From: SAR324 cluster bacterium
Lineage (GTDB): Bacteria > SAR324 > NAC60-12
Assembly: GCA_014382365.1 (NCBI GenBank)
Contig: JACNJW010000044.1
Span: forward strand, 7,368-71,367
Reading direction: 5' to 3'
Length of the DNA: 64,000 nt
Part shown: one piece after another, positions 49,543-57,988 of the stretch
Layout: each line of letters begins with the position of its first letter
Numbering within the stretch: the stretch's first letter is position 1
The notes under the pieces: generated by a model
Seen by the model: only the letters and a program-made list of their open reading frames with translations
The model's database searches: none
What the model was told of the DNA's origin: nothing
Translations under genes and position numbers: made by a program

Positions 49543-52164
49543 ATGCAACTTAAACGAAGAAAATTTATCCAATTGGGAAGTGCCGCAGGTGCGGCATTGA
49601 CCGTTGGTAGCCAATTTGGCATGAAGGCTAAGGCGTCGGCATTGATGGAGTTGAAGCAAACTGGCAGTGCTTCTCCAACGGGAAAGAAAAATCAGGAAAT
49701 TCCTTACACTTGCCTGACTTGTAATATTGAGGACGGCGGAATCGCCTATGTCGAAGACGGCAGAATCCGCAGACTGGAGGGCAATCCCAATCATCCGGGA
49801 AATCGCGGGAAACTCTGTGCAAAAGGTAACGCCGGACATTTGCACGTCTATGATCCAACCCGAATTTTGAATCCGTTGAAACGGGTCGGCCCCAGAGGTA
49901 GCGGCAAGTGGAAGCGCATTACTTGGGACGAAGCCTTGAGCGAAGTCGCCGGAAAAATTCAGGGTGCGATGGACATTGATCCGATGTCCGTCATGTTTCA
50001 GTACGGACGCAACCGGACTCACGGTCTCGTTTATCGCTTTATGAATGCGCTGGGTTCCGGAACAGTGAATAATCACACCTCAATTTGCGAGTGCAATAAA
50101 AAAGTGGCTATGGAACACGCTTGGGGGCCGGACATCGAAACGCCTGACTTTGCGCACACTAAGTACATCCTCAACTTTGGCAGTAACTTGGCGGAAGCCG
50201 CTTATTTCCATAATCCTTACATCCAAAGACTGATGGACGGAAAAATAGAGAACAAGGCCAAACTTGTTACTTTTGATCCGCGTATGACCAACACGGGTGC
50301 AATCAGCGATGAGTGGATTCCCTTGAAGCCTGCAACCGATGGAGTTGTCGCCTTGGCAATGTGCAATGTAATTTTGCAGGAAGGACTGGCGGATACAGAA
50401 TTTATCCGCAAGTACACTAATGTTACGGCGCATCAGTTGACCGAACATCTCAAGCAATACACTCCGGAATTTGCCGAAAAGGAAAGTGGGGTTTCTGCGG
50501 ACACCATTCGCCGAATTGCGATTGAATTTGCAACCGCCGGCCCGGCCACGACTTACACTTATCGCGGCAGTTCCATGCACCAAAACGGTGTTTATACGGA
50601 GAAAGCCACGATGATGCTCAATGTTGTCACCGGAAATATTGAGAAACGTGGCGGCTTCAATTTGCCGCGCGGCTTAGGTTTTGGCGGCGGACCGGGACCG
50701 CATCCGCCCAAACCGCCTCACAGCATTCTGAAGTATCCACCGGAATATCCGTTAGCCAGTCATCATGTTTCTCACCATGTTTCTCATTCCATTTTGGAAG
50801 GACGGCAGAAGATCAATGTCTTTATGCTTTATTGTCATAATCCGCTCTATACTCAACCGGACGGAGACACTTGGAAACAAATTTTAACGAGTGAAAAGCA
50901 CATTCCTTACTCTGTTTCTTTCAGCATCAATATGGATGATTCGACGAAGTATGCCGACATCATCTTGCCGGATACGACTTTCTTGGAGCGTTGGGATCCG
51001 GAATCAATGCCATCCTCAGCTCTAGGCTGGGTCGGTTTGCGACAACCGGTTATTAAGCCTCTCGGTAATGCCAAAGCTTTCCGGGATACGATTTATGAAC
51101 TGGCGCAAAAAATCGACCCCGACGGTAAACGCGGTGTCAAGAAGTATTTCAGTTACGGTTCGGCGGAAAGCTATGTTAAAAATCAGCTTGAAGCAACTCC
51201 GGGACTGAAAGCCGCAGGTGGATTTAAGCTCCTCAAAAAATATGGAGTTTGGCCTTTTTATGATAAGAAAAAGGAGGATAACTTCAAGTTCGGCGCACAC
51301 GAGGAAACACTCAGCGAGAGTGATTTGGCCGGAACAACTTTGGAGGGACGTACTTTGATGAAAGGCGGAAAGTCTGTCGGTTTAATGGTGGACGGAAAAG
51401 CTGTTCGAGGTTTCGGCACTCCTTCACGCACTTTCCAAGTCAATGTTCCTGAGTGGGAGCATTACGGTTTTGAACCGATGCCACATTATGAAGCGATTGA
51501 GGATCATAAGCGGATGAAGTCTGATGAACTGTTGTTGAGTACATACAAGCCCAATGTTCATACTCAATCCCGTACTCCAAATCTCAAGTGGTTACAGGAG
51601 CTTCACCATCGTAATCCTGCTTGGATCAACACCGAAACCGCAAAAGCTCGCGGAATCGGAAACGATGATTTGATCAGAATAACAAGTCCAATCGGCTACA
51701 TGGTCACAAAGGCTCGGGTTACAGAGGGCATTCACCCCCAAGTAGTGGCCATCGCCACTTCCAGCGGTATGTCAAACAAGTCTACTTTGGGCAATTACGG
51801 CGGCTCCAAAGACCCGGATATTGTGCAGAATACCTGGTGGGATGATACCGGTGTCCATCCAAACCAAATAATTCCTGTCAGTACTGACCCCATCGGTGGC
51901 GGTATGGGCTGGTTTGACACGGTGATCACCGTTACCAAAGCCAAATCCGGCGATAAATACGGAGACACGCGTTCCGATCGGGGAGCAGCACGGAAAGCCT
52001 TTGAGAAGGCACTTTCCAAAGCTACCAAAGTTCGAACTGAAGATGCGCATAACACTACAGCTAAAACCAATGTTCGTGACGAAATACATACGGAGGTTGG
52101 AGGTGTTTTTGGCACAACAGCAAAACTTCGTGATTTTGAAGACCCGTTCAATACCACTGCTTAG
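49543..52164 (+). CDS. Tat-exported Mo/W-bis(pyranopterin guanine dinucleotide) oxidoreductase catalytic subunit, Psr/Phs/Ttr/Arr-like branch, substrate unknown
   Basis: Twin-arginine signal KRRKFIQLGSAAGA. FS0 region C57-x2-C60-x3-D64-x27-C92. Probable Mo-ligand context NHTSIC. Molybdopterin-binding pattern throughout. AAGGAGA RBS. Confidence 0.85.
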   Translation: MQLKRRKFIQLGSAAGAALTVGSQFGMKAKASALMELKQTGSASPTGKKNQEIPYTCLTCNIEDGGIAYVEDGRIRRLEGNPNHPGNRGKLCAKGNAGHLHVYDPTRILNPLKRVGPRGSGKWKRITWDEALSEVAGKIQGAMDIDPMSVMFQYGRNRTHGLVYRFMNALGSGTVNNHTSICECNKKVAMEHAWGPDIETPDFAHTKYILNFGSNLAEAAYFHNPYIQRLMDGKIENKAKLVTFDPRMTNTGAISDEWIPLKPATDGVVALAMCNVILQEGLADTEFIRKYTNVTAHQLTEHLKQYTPEFAEKESGVSADTIRRIAIEFATAGPATTYTYRGSSMHQNGVYTEKATMMLNVVTGNIEKRGGFNLPRGLGFGGGPGPHPPKPPHSILKYPPEYPLASHHVSHHVSHSILEGRQKINVFMLYCHNPLYTQPDGDTWKQILTSEKHIPYSVSFSINMDDSTKYADIILPDTTFLERWDPESMPSSALGWVGLRQPVIKPLGNAKAFRDTIYELAQKIDPDGKRGVKKYFSYGSAESYVKNQLEATPGLKAAGGFKLLKKYGVWPFYDKKKEDNFKFGAHEETLSESDLAGTTLEGRTLMKGGKSVGLMVDGKAVRGFGTPSRTFQVNVPEWEHYGFEPMPHYEAIEDHKRMKSDELLLSTYKPNVHTQSRTPNLKWLQELHHRNPAWINTETAKARGIGNDDLIRITSPIGYMVTKARVTEGIHPQVVAIATSSGMSNKSTLGNYGGSKDPDIVQNTWWDDTGVHPNQIIPVSTDPIGGGMGWFDTVITVTKAKSGDKYGDTRSDRGAARKAFEKALSKATKVRTEDAHNTTAKTNVRDEIHTEVGGVFGTTAKLRDFEDPFNTTA

Positions 52165-52296
52165 GCCGGTGTTGTATATTTTTGATTGAGCCGTATGCTC
52201 CTGCTCTCTTGGGGAGAATGCGGTTTAATCTTGAAGTCAAACTTTTGGTGTGTGTTCAATTTATTGCTCCCTACATTTTCCAATCATCATTTTCCA

Positions 52297-52995
52297 ATGT
52301 CATCATCCAAACAAGTCAATGTAAGGCCAACTTCGACAGAAATGGCGGAAAGCGGGCCTTGCGAAGCAGAAAATCGTGCCAATGTTTATGAGTTTCTTTC
52401 ACGGATTTTTTTGGAAGAAATGGATTCCGGTTTACTGCAAGCTCTGCAATCGGACGAGGTGGCGGGAATATTTCTGGATTGGGGAATCAATTTTCAAGAA
52501 GATTTGGCCGGAGAAAACCAAAACGAAATTTTAGAACAATTAGCTCATGCCTATTGCGACACTTTTGTAACTGGCGAAGATCCGGTTTTTTCTCCGTATG
52601 AATCAGTCTGGAAAACAGGTTGTCTTGAGGGCAAGTCAACTTTACTTGTTGAAGAATTCTATACAAAATGTTCGCTGGGGCTTCCAAAAAACTGTCCGGA
52701 ATTTGCGGATCATTTGGGAATCGAATTTGATTTAATGAGCCGACTTGCAAAAAAAGAGGCTGAATTTCGGCTTGCCGCTCAAACTGCACAAGCAGAAAAT
52801 TATCACAAGTTTCAACAGGCTTTTCTCAAAAATCATCTTTTAGCTTGGGGTCCCGAATTTTCGGCAAAAATAGAACGCTGGGCTTCCCATCCTTTTTATC
52901 AACATATCGGTAAATTAAGCTGTGAATTCCTCAGAATGGAGGCGGAAGAATTTGAGTTGGAAAGCGAACCTTACATGGAATTTTCAGAAAACTGA
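52297..52995 (+). CDS. TorD/DmsD-family redox-enzyme maturation chaperone
   Basis: ANVYEFLSRIFLEE, SPYESVW and ADHLGIEFDLMSRL. Start uncertain (52186, 52297 or 52342). Confidence 0.7.
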   Translation: MSSSKQVNVRPTSTEMAESGPCEAENRANVYEFLSRIFLEEMDSGLLQALQSDEVAGIFLDWGINFQEDLAGENQNEILEQLAHAYCDTFVTGEDPVFSPYESVWKTGCLEGKSTLLVEEFYTKCSLGLPKNCPEFADHLGIEFDLMSRLAKKEAEFRLAAQTAQAENYHKFQQAFLKNHLLAWGPEFSAKIERWASHPFYQHIGKLSCEFLRMEAEEFELESEPYMEFSEN

Positions 52996-53024
52996 ATCCA
53001 AAAAATATTCCTCAAAAACAGCTT

Positions 53025-53489
53025 GTGAAGTATTTGAAATTTTATGCTATTTTATTTATTTTGCTTGGGGGAGGAGCGGGTGGTTATTTTCTATTGTCGG
53101 GAAATTTTATTCCTCAGGAGCGTCGATTATCTGCGGAAACCGTGATTGAAAAAATAACCGGAGAAGAGAAAAACGACTATTTGTTGATCGATGTGCGTGA
53201 GCCTTGGGAAAATCAGGCTATTCGCATTCCCGGAAGTAAACTTATTCCACTGAAAATAATTGAAAGTGAACCTTACGAAGAAATACAAAAACTTAACAAA
53301 AATCAAAAACTGATTCTTTATTGCACGGTTGGAGTCCGCTCGGATAAGGCATACGGCATTTTTACTAAATTGGGATTTGATCAAGTTTATGTGATGAACG
53401 GAGGGCTGGATGCGTGGATGGAAGAACAAGGGCCGTTGGAAACTCCAAGCATTCCGCAATGGATTGAAGGAAAAGGATGTGAAAGCTGA
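53025..53489 (+). CDS. Single-domain rhodanese (sulfurtransferase) with an N-terminal TM anchor
   Basis: LIDVREPWE, active-site loop YCTVGVRS and MNGGLDAW. GTG start. N-terminal segment is FYAILFILLGGGAGGYFLL. Confidence 0.8.
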   Translation: MKYLKFYAILFILLGGGAGGYFLLSGNFIPQERRLSAETVIEKITGEEKNDYLLIDVREPWENQAIRIPGSKLIPLKIIESEPYEEIQKLNKNQKLILYCTVGVRSDKAYGIFTKLGFDQVYVMNGGLDAWMEEQGPLETPSIPQWIEGKGCES

Positions 53490-54669
53490 CTTGGAAAAGA
53501 CGATTCTCAAACTAACTGAAAATGCTACACTTTTGGGAGAACTAGAAATTATCGGTGAGAGATGTCTGAATCAATCCGTGCAAAATTTAGGCTGTTCCAA
53601 ATGTACAGATGTGTGTCCGGAAAACGCTATTCAACTGAACAGAAAACCGGAAATTGACCGCTTGAAATGCAGTTCTTGCGGATTGTGTGTTGGGTCATGC
53701 GAAACTTCAGTCTTTGTTTTTTCAAAATTATTCAACAATGTTTTCTTCAAAGCACTCTCCGGAACAAACACCGAAGAAACGGAAATACAGAGCGAATCTC
53801 ACAACGCAGTCTTGATGTGCGGGGGAATTCCGCAAGATTCATCGCCTTCGTTGTTAGCAAATGTACCGATTTGTTTAGCGGTTTTGGATGAGGTGCATTT
53901 CATTAAATTGGCAGAAAAATTTGGCCACCTTACTTTGGATTGTAGTGGTTGCAGTGATTGTCGTTTTGAAAAGGGATTGAACTTAATCCGGAAGCGCGTC
54001 TCAGAATCCGGAGCTTGGTTGGGAAGTCTTGGTATCTCAGGACGGGTGAGCATCACAACCGATTCCGGTTTCCTTGTAGAGGGGGAAAATAAAATTATCC
54101 CTTTGATACGAGAGGCCTCCCGCTCACGGCGAGACCTTTTTCGACGCGCTCGTAATCGTGGTGTGTTGGAAGTTGCAAACAGATTTGCTGATGCGGAAGC
54201 AAATCCGGAAGTCAGGGAAACTCCTACTCCGGAAAGAAGGAGGGCACTAAAATCATTATATTTGGCGCACGGAGAAAATTTATTGTCTCCGGTATTACCG
54301 GAAAACTTACCGCTTCACATTGTTTCAACAAAAGAGACCTGTCAACTTTGCAGTGAATGTACGGTGCGTTGTCCGGGAAAAGCCTTGCTCAAAATGGAAA
54401 ACAGAGTTGAGGCGAAACTGTTTTTTGAACCGTTAAATTGTTTGGGATGCACTGATTGCGAACAGTTTTGTCCACATGATTCGCTTGAAATTCGTGCTTT
54501 GACGAAAAATGATTTTCCCTTAAAGGAAAGAGTGCTTTTCAGTCGCGGAAAAACCAAATGTGATTCTTGCGAAAAGCCTTTCATTTCTCAAAGTACGGTT
54601 TCGACTTGTTCTGCTTGCTTGCGGTATAAGTCAGTTGATGATTCAATGTTAGACATTTTGGGATGGTAG
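53479..54669 (+). CDS. Cytoplasmic polyferredoxin (multiple 4Fe-4S motifs) with a C-terminal C-x2-C...C-x2-C knuckle
   Basis: CSKCTDVCP, CSSCGLCVGSC, CSGCSDC, CQLCSECTVRCP, CLGCTDCEQFCP and CDSC-x14-CSAC. No signal peptide. Start uncertain (GTG 53479 or TTG 53491); the ORF-track start 53410 lies inside the rhodanese gene. Confidence 0.7.
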   Translation: MKADLEKTILKLTENATLLGELEIIGERCLNQSVQNLGCSKCTDVCPENAIQLNRKPEIDRLKCSSCGLCVGSCETSVFVFSKLFNNVFFKALSGTNTEETEIQSESHNAVLMCGGIPQDSSPSLLANVPICLAVLDEVHFIKLAEKFGHLTLDCSGCSDCRFEKGLNLIRKRVSESGAWLGSLGISGRVSITTDSGFLVEGENKIIPLIREASRSRRDLFRRARNRGVLEVANRFADAEANPEVRETPTPERRRALKSLYLAHGENLLSPVLPENLPLHIVSTKETCQLCSECTVRCPGKALLKMENRVEAKLFFEPLNCLGCTDCEQFCPHDSLEIRALTKNDFPLKERVLFSRGKTKCDSCEKPFISQSTVSTCSACLRYKSVDDSMLDILGW

Positions 54670-54701
54670 TGAACAATTAAACTGCAAAACATCCTATTTT
54701 T

Positions 54702-54767
54702 AGCCACAGATTTTCCCGGATAAATACGGATAAAAACATCCGTAAAAAGCTGCGTAAATCTGTGGCT
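54702..54767. repeat. Nested inverted repeat between the polyferredoxin and the second cytochrome gene
   Basis: The outer 12-bp arms AGCCACAGATTT (54702-13) and AAATCTGTGGCT (54756-67) are perfect. Inner hairpin is TACGGAT-aaaaac-ATCCGTA (54725-44). GGATAAA is directly repeated 10 nt apart. Confidence 0.6.
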
Positions 54768-54784
54768 GATAGCAAAACTAAAAT

Positions 54785-55615
54785 ATGAGCACCAATAAAA
54801 TAACTTTTTACAGCGTAAGGTACGCTGTTGCTTTTTGCGCAATTTTCTTTTTTGCCTTTTCTTTCTCAAATTCTAGCCTGTCAATAGGACAGGAGGTTGA
54901 GGAAGTTGTCGAAAATAAAACTGAAACCGATGCTGAAGAAGAAAGTGAAGAGGAAGACGAAGAAAGCGATGATGAGGAAGAGGAGGACGATGAAGCAATG
55001 CCTTGGGATGATGAAGATGATGAAGAAATCAAAGTTTTTAAGTTTCCACAATCAACAGAATTTCTACCAAATTTTCCTATTTTTAAAGTCAAGTATGCAG
55101 GCTTTCCGGAATTCAAAATCAAGGGCCGGTTGCGAAGTTCGGAGTACTTTCTTTGCAGTGAGTGCCACGACGGCGTTGAGCTAAAACCGAGACCGATCAT
55201 TCGGGAATTGCGTAAAGAACACACCAACATTAACTTGGATCACATCAAACAAGAACACGGCACAGAAAAGTTTTGGTGTACCACCTGCCACGACACGAGC
55301 CGTCCCGATTATTTGGTCGGCCTGAAAAAACAGTCGATTCATTTTGATCAATCCTTTTTACTCTGTGGTCAGTGCCATTCGCAAAATCAAAAGGATTGGT
55401 TGTTCGGCGCACACGGCAAACGCACCGGAAACTGGAACGGTGAACGCACGATTTTGCTTTGTACAGAATGCCATAGCCCTCATTCTCCAGCCCTTGAACC
55501 TGCTTCGCCCAACCCGCCACCGCCGCCACGTCAGGGGCAAATTTTGGTCAAATCTGTTCATCCGGAAGGGCCTCGAAAAACTTGGGATAAATTTATTTAT
55601 TCAAAACAACATTGA
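54785..55615 (+). CDS. Tetrahaem cytochrome c (c3/paired-CxxCH type) with an N-terminal anchor and a ~45-aa polyacidic tract
   Basis: CSECH, CTTCH, CGQCH and CTECH. Acidic tract EVEEVVENKTETDAEEESEEEDEESDDEEEEDDEAMPWDDEDDEE (nt 54893-55027). Pro-rich tail. Confidence 0.8.
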   Translation: MSTNKITFYSVRYAVAFCAIFFFAFSFSNSSLSIGQEVEEVVENKTETDAEEESEEEDEESDDEEEEDDEAMPWDDEDDEEIKVFKFPQSTEFLPNFPIFKVKYAGFPEFKIKGRLRSSEYFLCSECHDGVELKPRPIIRELRKEHTNINLDHIKQEHGTEKFWCTTCHDTSRPDYLVGLKKQSIHFDQSFLLCGQCHSQNQKDWLFGAHGKRTGNWNGERTILLCTECHSPHSPALEPASPNPPPPPRQGQILVKSVHPEGPRKTWDKFIYSKQH

Positions 55616-55619
55616 TCTT

Positions 55620-56582
55620 ATGAGCGAAAAAAATAATCCCGCCAAAACTGTTGAGACTCCGGAAAACTCCGACGTTTCCCGGAGAGAGCTTTTTAAGAAA
55701 ACCGCCATCGCCGGAACCATTGCCGCCGCCGGAGCGGTCTCGACAACGATTGCCGCAAGTAATGTTGAGTCGGGAGGTCTTTCTGACGCCTTGGATGAGT
55801 TTTTTCAAAAACATTATCAAGAGATGAGCAAAGAGGAAATGCAAAAAGCAATCGCCCGTCTCGAACGCAAAGCCAAAGAAAAACACGGTAAGGAAATTCA
55901 CATCGGCAACACTCCACCTCTTGAAGGTGTGTTATTCGGTTATGCGTTGAATATTTCCAAATGTAAAGGCTATCGGAAATGTGTTGATGCCTGTGTTGCC
56001 GAAAATAACCAAAATCGCGACACAACGATTCAATACATTCGCGTTTTGGAACTGGAAAATGAGTCGATGAATTTTGAGGAAGCCGATCATTATTACGACC
56101 GCGAAACAGTTCCTCATACCGGAAAAAAGTATTTTCCGATTCAGTGCCAACAATGCGAAAATCCGCCTTGTGTAACCGCTTGTCCGGTCGAAGCGACTTG
56201 GAAAGAAGCGGACGGTATCACCGTAATTGATTACAACTGGTGCATCGGATGTCGCTATTGTGCAGCCGCTTGTCCGTATTGGGCGAGGAAATTTAATTGG
56301 AGTGAGCCGAGTATTCCTGAAGAAAAAATCAATCCTGAAACTCATTATCTGAGCAACCGTCCACGAATGCGCGGCGTAATGGAAAAATGCACCTTCTGCC
56401 TCCAAAGAACACGCAAAGGTAAATTGCCAGCTTGCTTGGAAGCGTGTCCGACAGGCGCCAGAGTTTTTGGAAACATTTTAGATCCAAAAAGTGAAATACG
56501 CTATGTTTTGGAAAATAAAAAGGTTTTCCGCTTAAAAGAGGAACTTAATACAGAACCGAAATTTTGGTATTACAGCGACTAA
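55620..56582 (+). CDS. Tat-exported 4-cluster-type Fe-S protein (NrfC/HybA/DsrO/PsrB-like) of the membrane module
   Basis: SRRELFKKTAIAG twin-arginine signal. CKGYRKCVDAC (Tyr in place of the 2nd Cys), CQQCENPPCVTACP, CIGCRYCAAACP and CTFC...C...CP. Start re-picked at MSEKNN (55620). Confidence 0.8.
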   Translation: MSEKNNPAKTVETPENSDVSRRELFKKTAIAGTIAAAGAVSTTIAASNVESGGLSDALDEFFQKHYQEMSKEEMQKAIARLERKAKEKHGKEIHIGNTPPLEGVLFGYALNISKCKGYRKCVDACVAENNQNRDTTIQYIRVLELENESMNFEEADHYYDRETVPHTGKKYFPIQCQQCENPPCVTACPVEATWKEADGITVIDYNWCIGCRYCAAACPYWARKFNWSEPSIPEEKINPETHYLSNRPRMRGVMEKCTFCLQRTRKGKLPACLEACPTGARVFGNILDPKSEIRYVLENKKVFRLKEELNTEPKFWYYSD

Positions 56583-56611
56583 CTTGAACATCAGAATCAC
56601 AGGCATAAATC

Positions 56612-57811
56612 ATGGAATTCATTCGCTTTTGCTTTGACGGAGTCAAGGAAATTTTTAGGGGAGGAAAACTTTATTGGAGTTGGATGGGTGTTTTGGCGGT
56701 TGTGGCCTTGTTTGGTGCTTCTGCTTATTTGCAACAATTACAACAGGGTTTGGTTGTGACGGGAATGAGCGATCAAGTTTCTTGGGGCATTTATATTGCC
56801 AGTTTCACCTCTTTGGTCGGAATTGCTGCCGCTGCAATTATGTTGATTATTCCGGCCTATATTTTTCACGATATGGATATCAAAGAAATTGTTATTCCTG
56901 CCGAAGGCTTGGCGATTGCGGCTTGCGTTATGAGCATGATGTTTGTGCTGATAGATTTAGGTCGTCCGGATCGAATGTGGCACCTGCTTCCTTATATCGG
57001 TCGTTTTAACTTTCCAAAATCAATGCTGGCTTGGGACGTGTTAGTGCTGAATGTTTATTTATTTCTGACCATGATAATTTCCGTCTATCTCCTTTTTTCC
57101 AAATACAAAGGAAAAGAGCCTAAATTTTCAATTTATTTTCCGTTGGTTATTCTTTCAATTTTCTCAGCACTTTCCATTCACACCGTAACGGCCTTTTTGT
57201 TTTCTTCCAATGTTGCTCGCTCGTTTTGGCACACAGGACTTTTGGCTCCGCGTTTTATTGCATCGGCATTTTCCGCAGGCCCGGCCTTTTTCTTGTTAAC
57301 TGCGCTTGTGATGCGCTACACAAAAGTTTTTCCGGTTAAAGAAATTGCGATAAAACGCTTGACCACGATTATCACAATTGCATTAGAAATCAATCTCTTT
57401 TTATTGTTAGCGGAGGTCTTCACAGAGTTTTATCATCAAACCGAACATAGTGCTTCTGCGGCTTACCTCTTTTTCGGATTGGGCGGTAAAACTGCTTTGG
57501 TTCCCTGGATTTGGTCGTCAGTGTTTTTGAATATCAGTGCTTTAGTTATCTTCGTTTTGCCTCTGAAAAAGAATACGATTTTCCTGGCACTGGCTTGTCT
57601 CTTTCTGGTGGTGGGAGTTTGGATTGAGAAGGGCATGGGATTAGTCGTACCGGGATTCATACCGACACCGTTGGGCGAAGTTTATGAATATACTCCAACT
57701 TTTATCGAGGTTCAAATTTCTATGGGAGTTTGGGCTATCGGTCTGATGCTCTACACAATTTTAGCCAAAATCTCAATTGCCGTCAATTTGGAGCGGATAC
57801 GTTTAACTTGA
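56612..57811 (+). CDS. NrfD/PsrC-family integral membrane quinone-interacting subunit
   Basis: 399 aa, about 10 TM segments. N-terminal MSDQVSWGIYIASFTSLVGIAAA is typical of NrfD. Confidence 0.7.
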   Translation: MEFIRFCFDGVKEIFRGGKLYWSWMGVLAVVALFGASAYLQQLQQGLVVTGMSDQVSWGIYIASFTSLVGIAAAAIMLIIPAYIFHDMDIKEIVIPAEGLAIAACVMSMMFVLIDLGRPDRMWHLLPYIGRFNFPKSMLAWDVLVLNVYLFLTMIISVYLLFSKYKGKEPKFSIYFPLVILSIFSALSIHTVTAFLFSSNVARSFWHTGLLAPRFIASAFSAGPAFFLLTALVMRYTKVFPVKEIAIKRLTTIITIALEINLFLLLAEVFTEFYHQTEHSASAAYLFFGLGGKTALVPWIWSSVFLNISALVIFVLPLKKNTIFLALACLFLVVGVWIEKGMGLVVPGFIPTPLGEVYEYTPTFIEVQISMGVWAIGLMLYTILAKISIAVNLERIRLT

Positions 57812-57959
57812 ATACAGTTTTGCCTCACTCCGCCCACAAATTAGCAAGAGGAAGAGAAAACGTATCGAAAGGCGGAACAGATATTTCATCGCTTCCACCG
57901 CAACTTCTCCACAAAGTCCAGCGTCTATTCTCCAACAGATTGACATAAACTTAATCCTG

Positions 57960-57988
57960 TGGACAAAACAAGTCCGATGGAGTAAAAT
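57960..57988 (+). promoter_or_regulatory. Candidate sigma-70 promoter for the sensor operon
   Basis: TGGACA (57960-65), 17-nt spacer, TAAAAT (57983-88), about 60 nt before the ATG at 58051. Confidence 0.3.

Noticed and set aside
49522-50583. Minus-strand ORFs of 184 aa and 167 aa (and others at 51022-52157) inside the molybdopterin subunit gene
   Set aside because: They are antisense to a strongly supported 873-aa CDS. They have no recognisable domains and odd composition.
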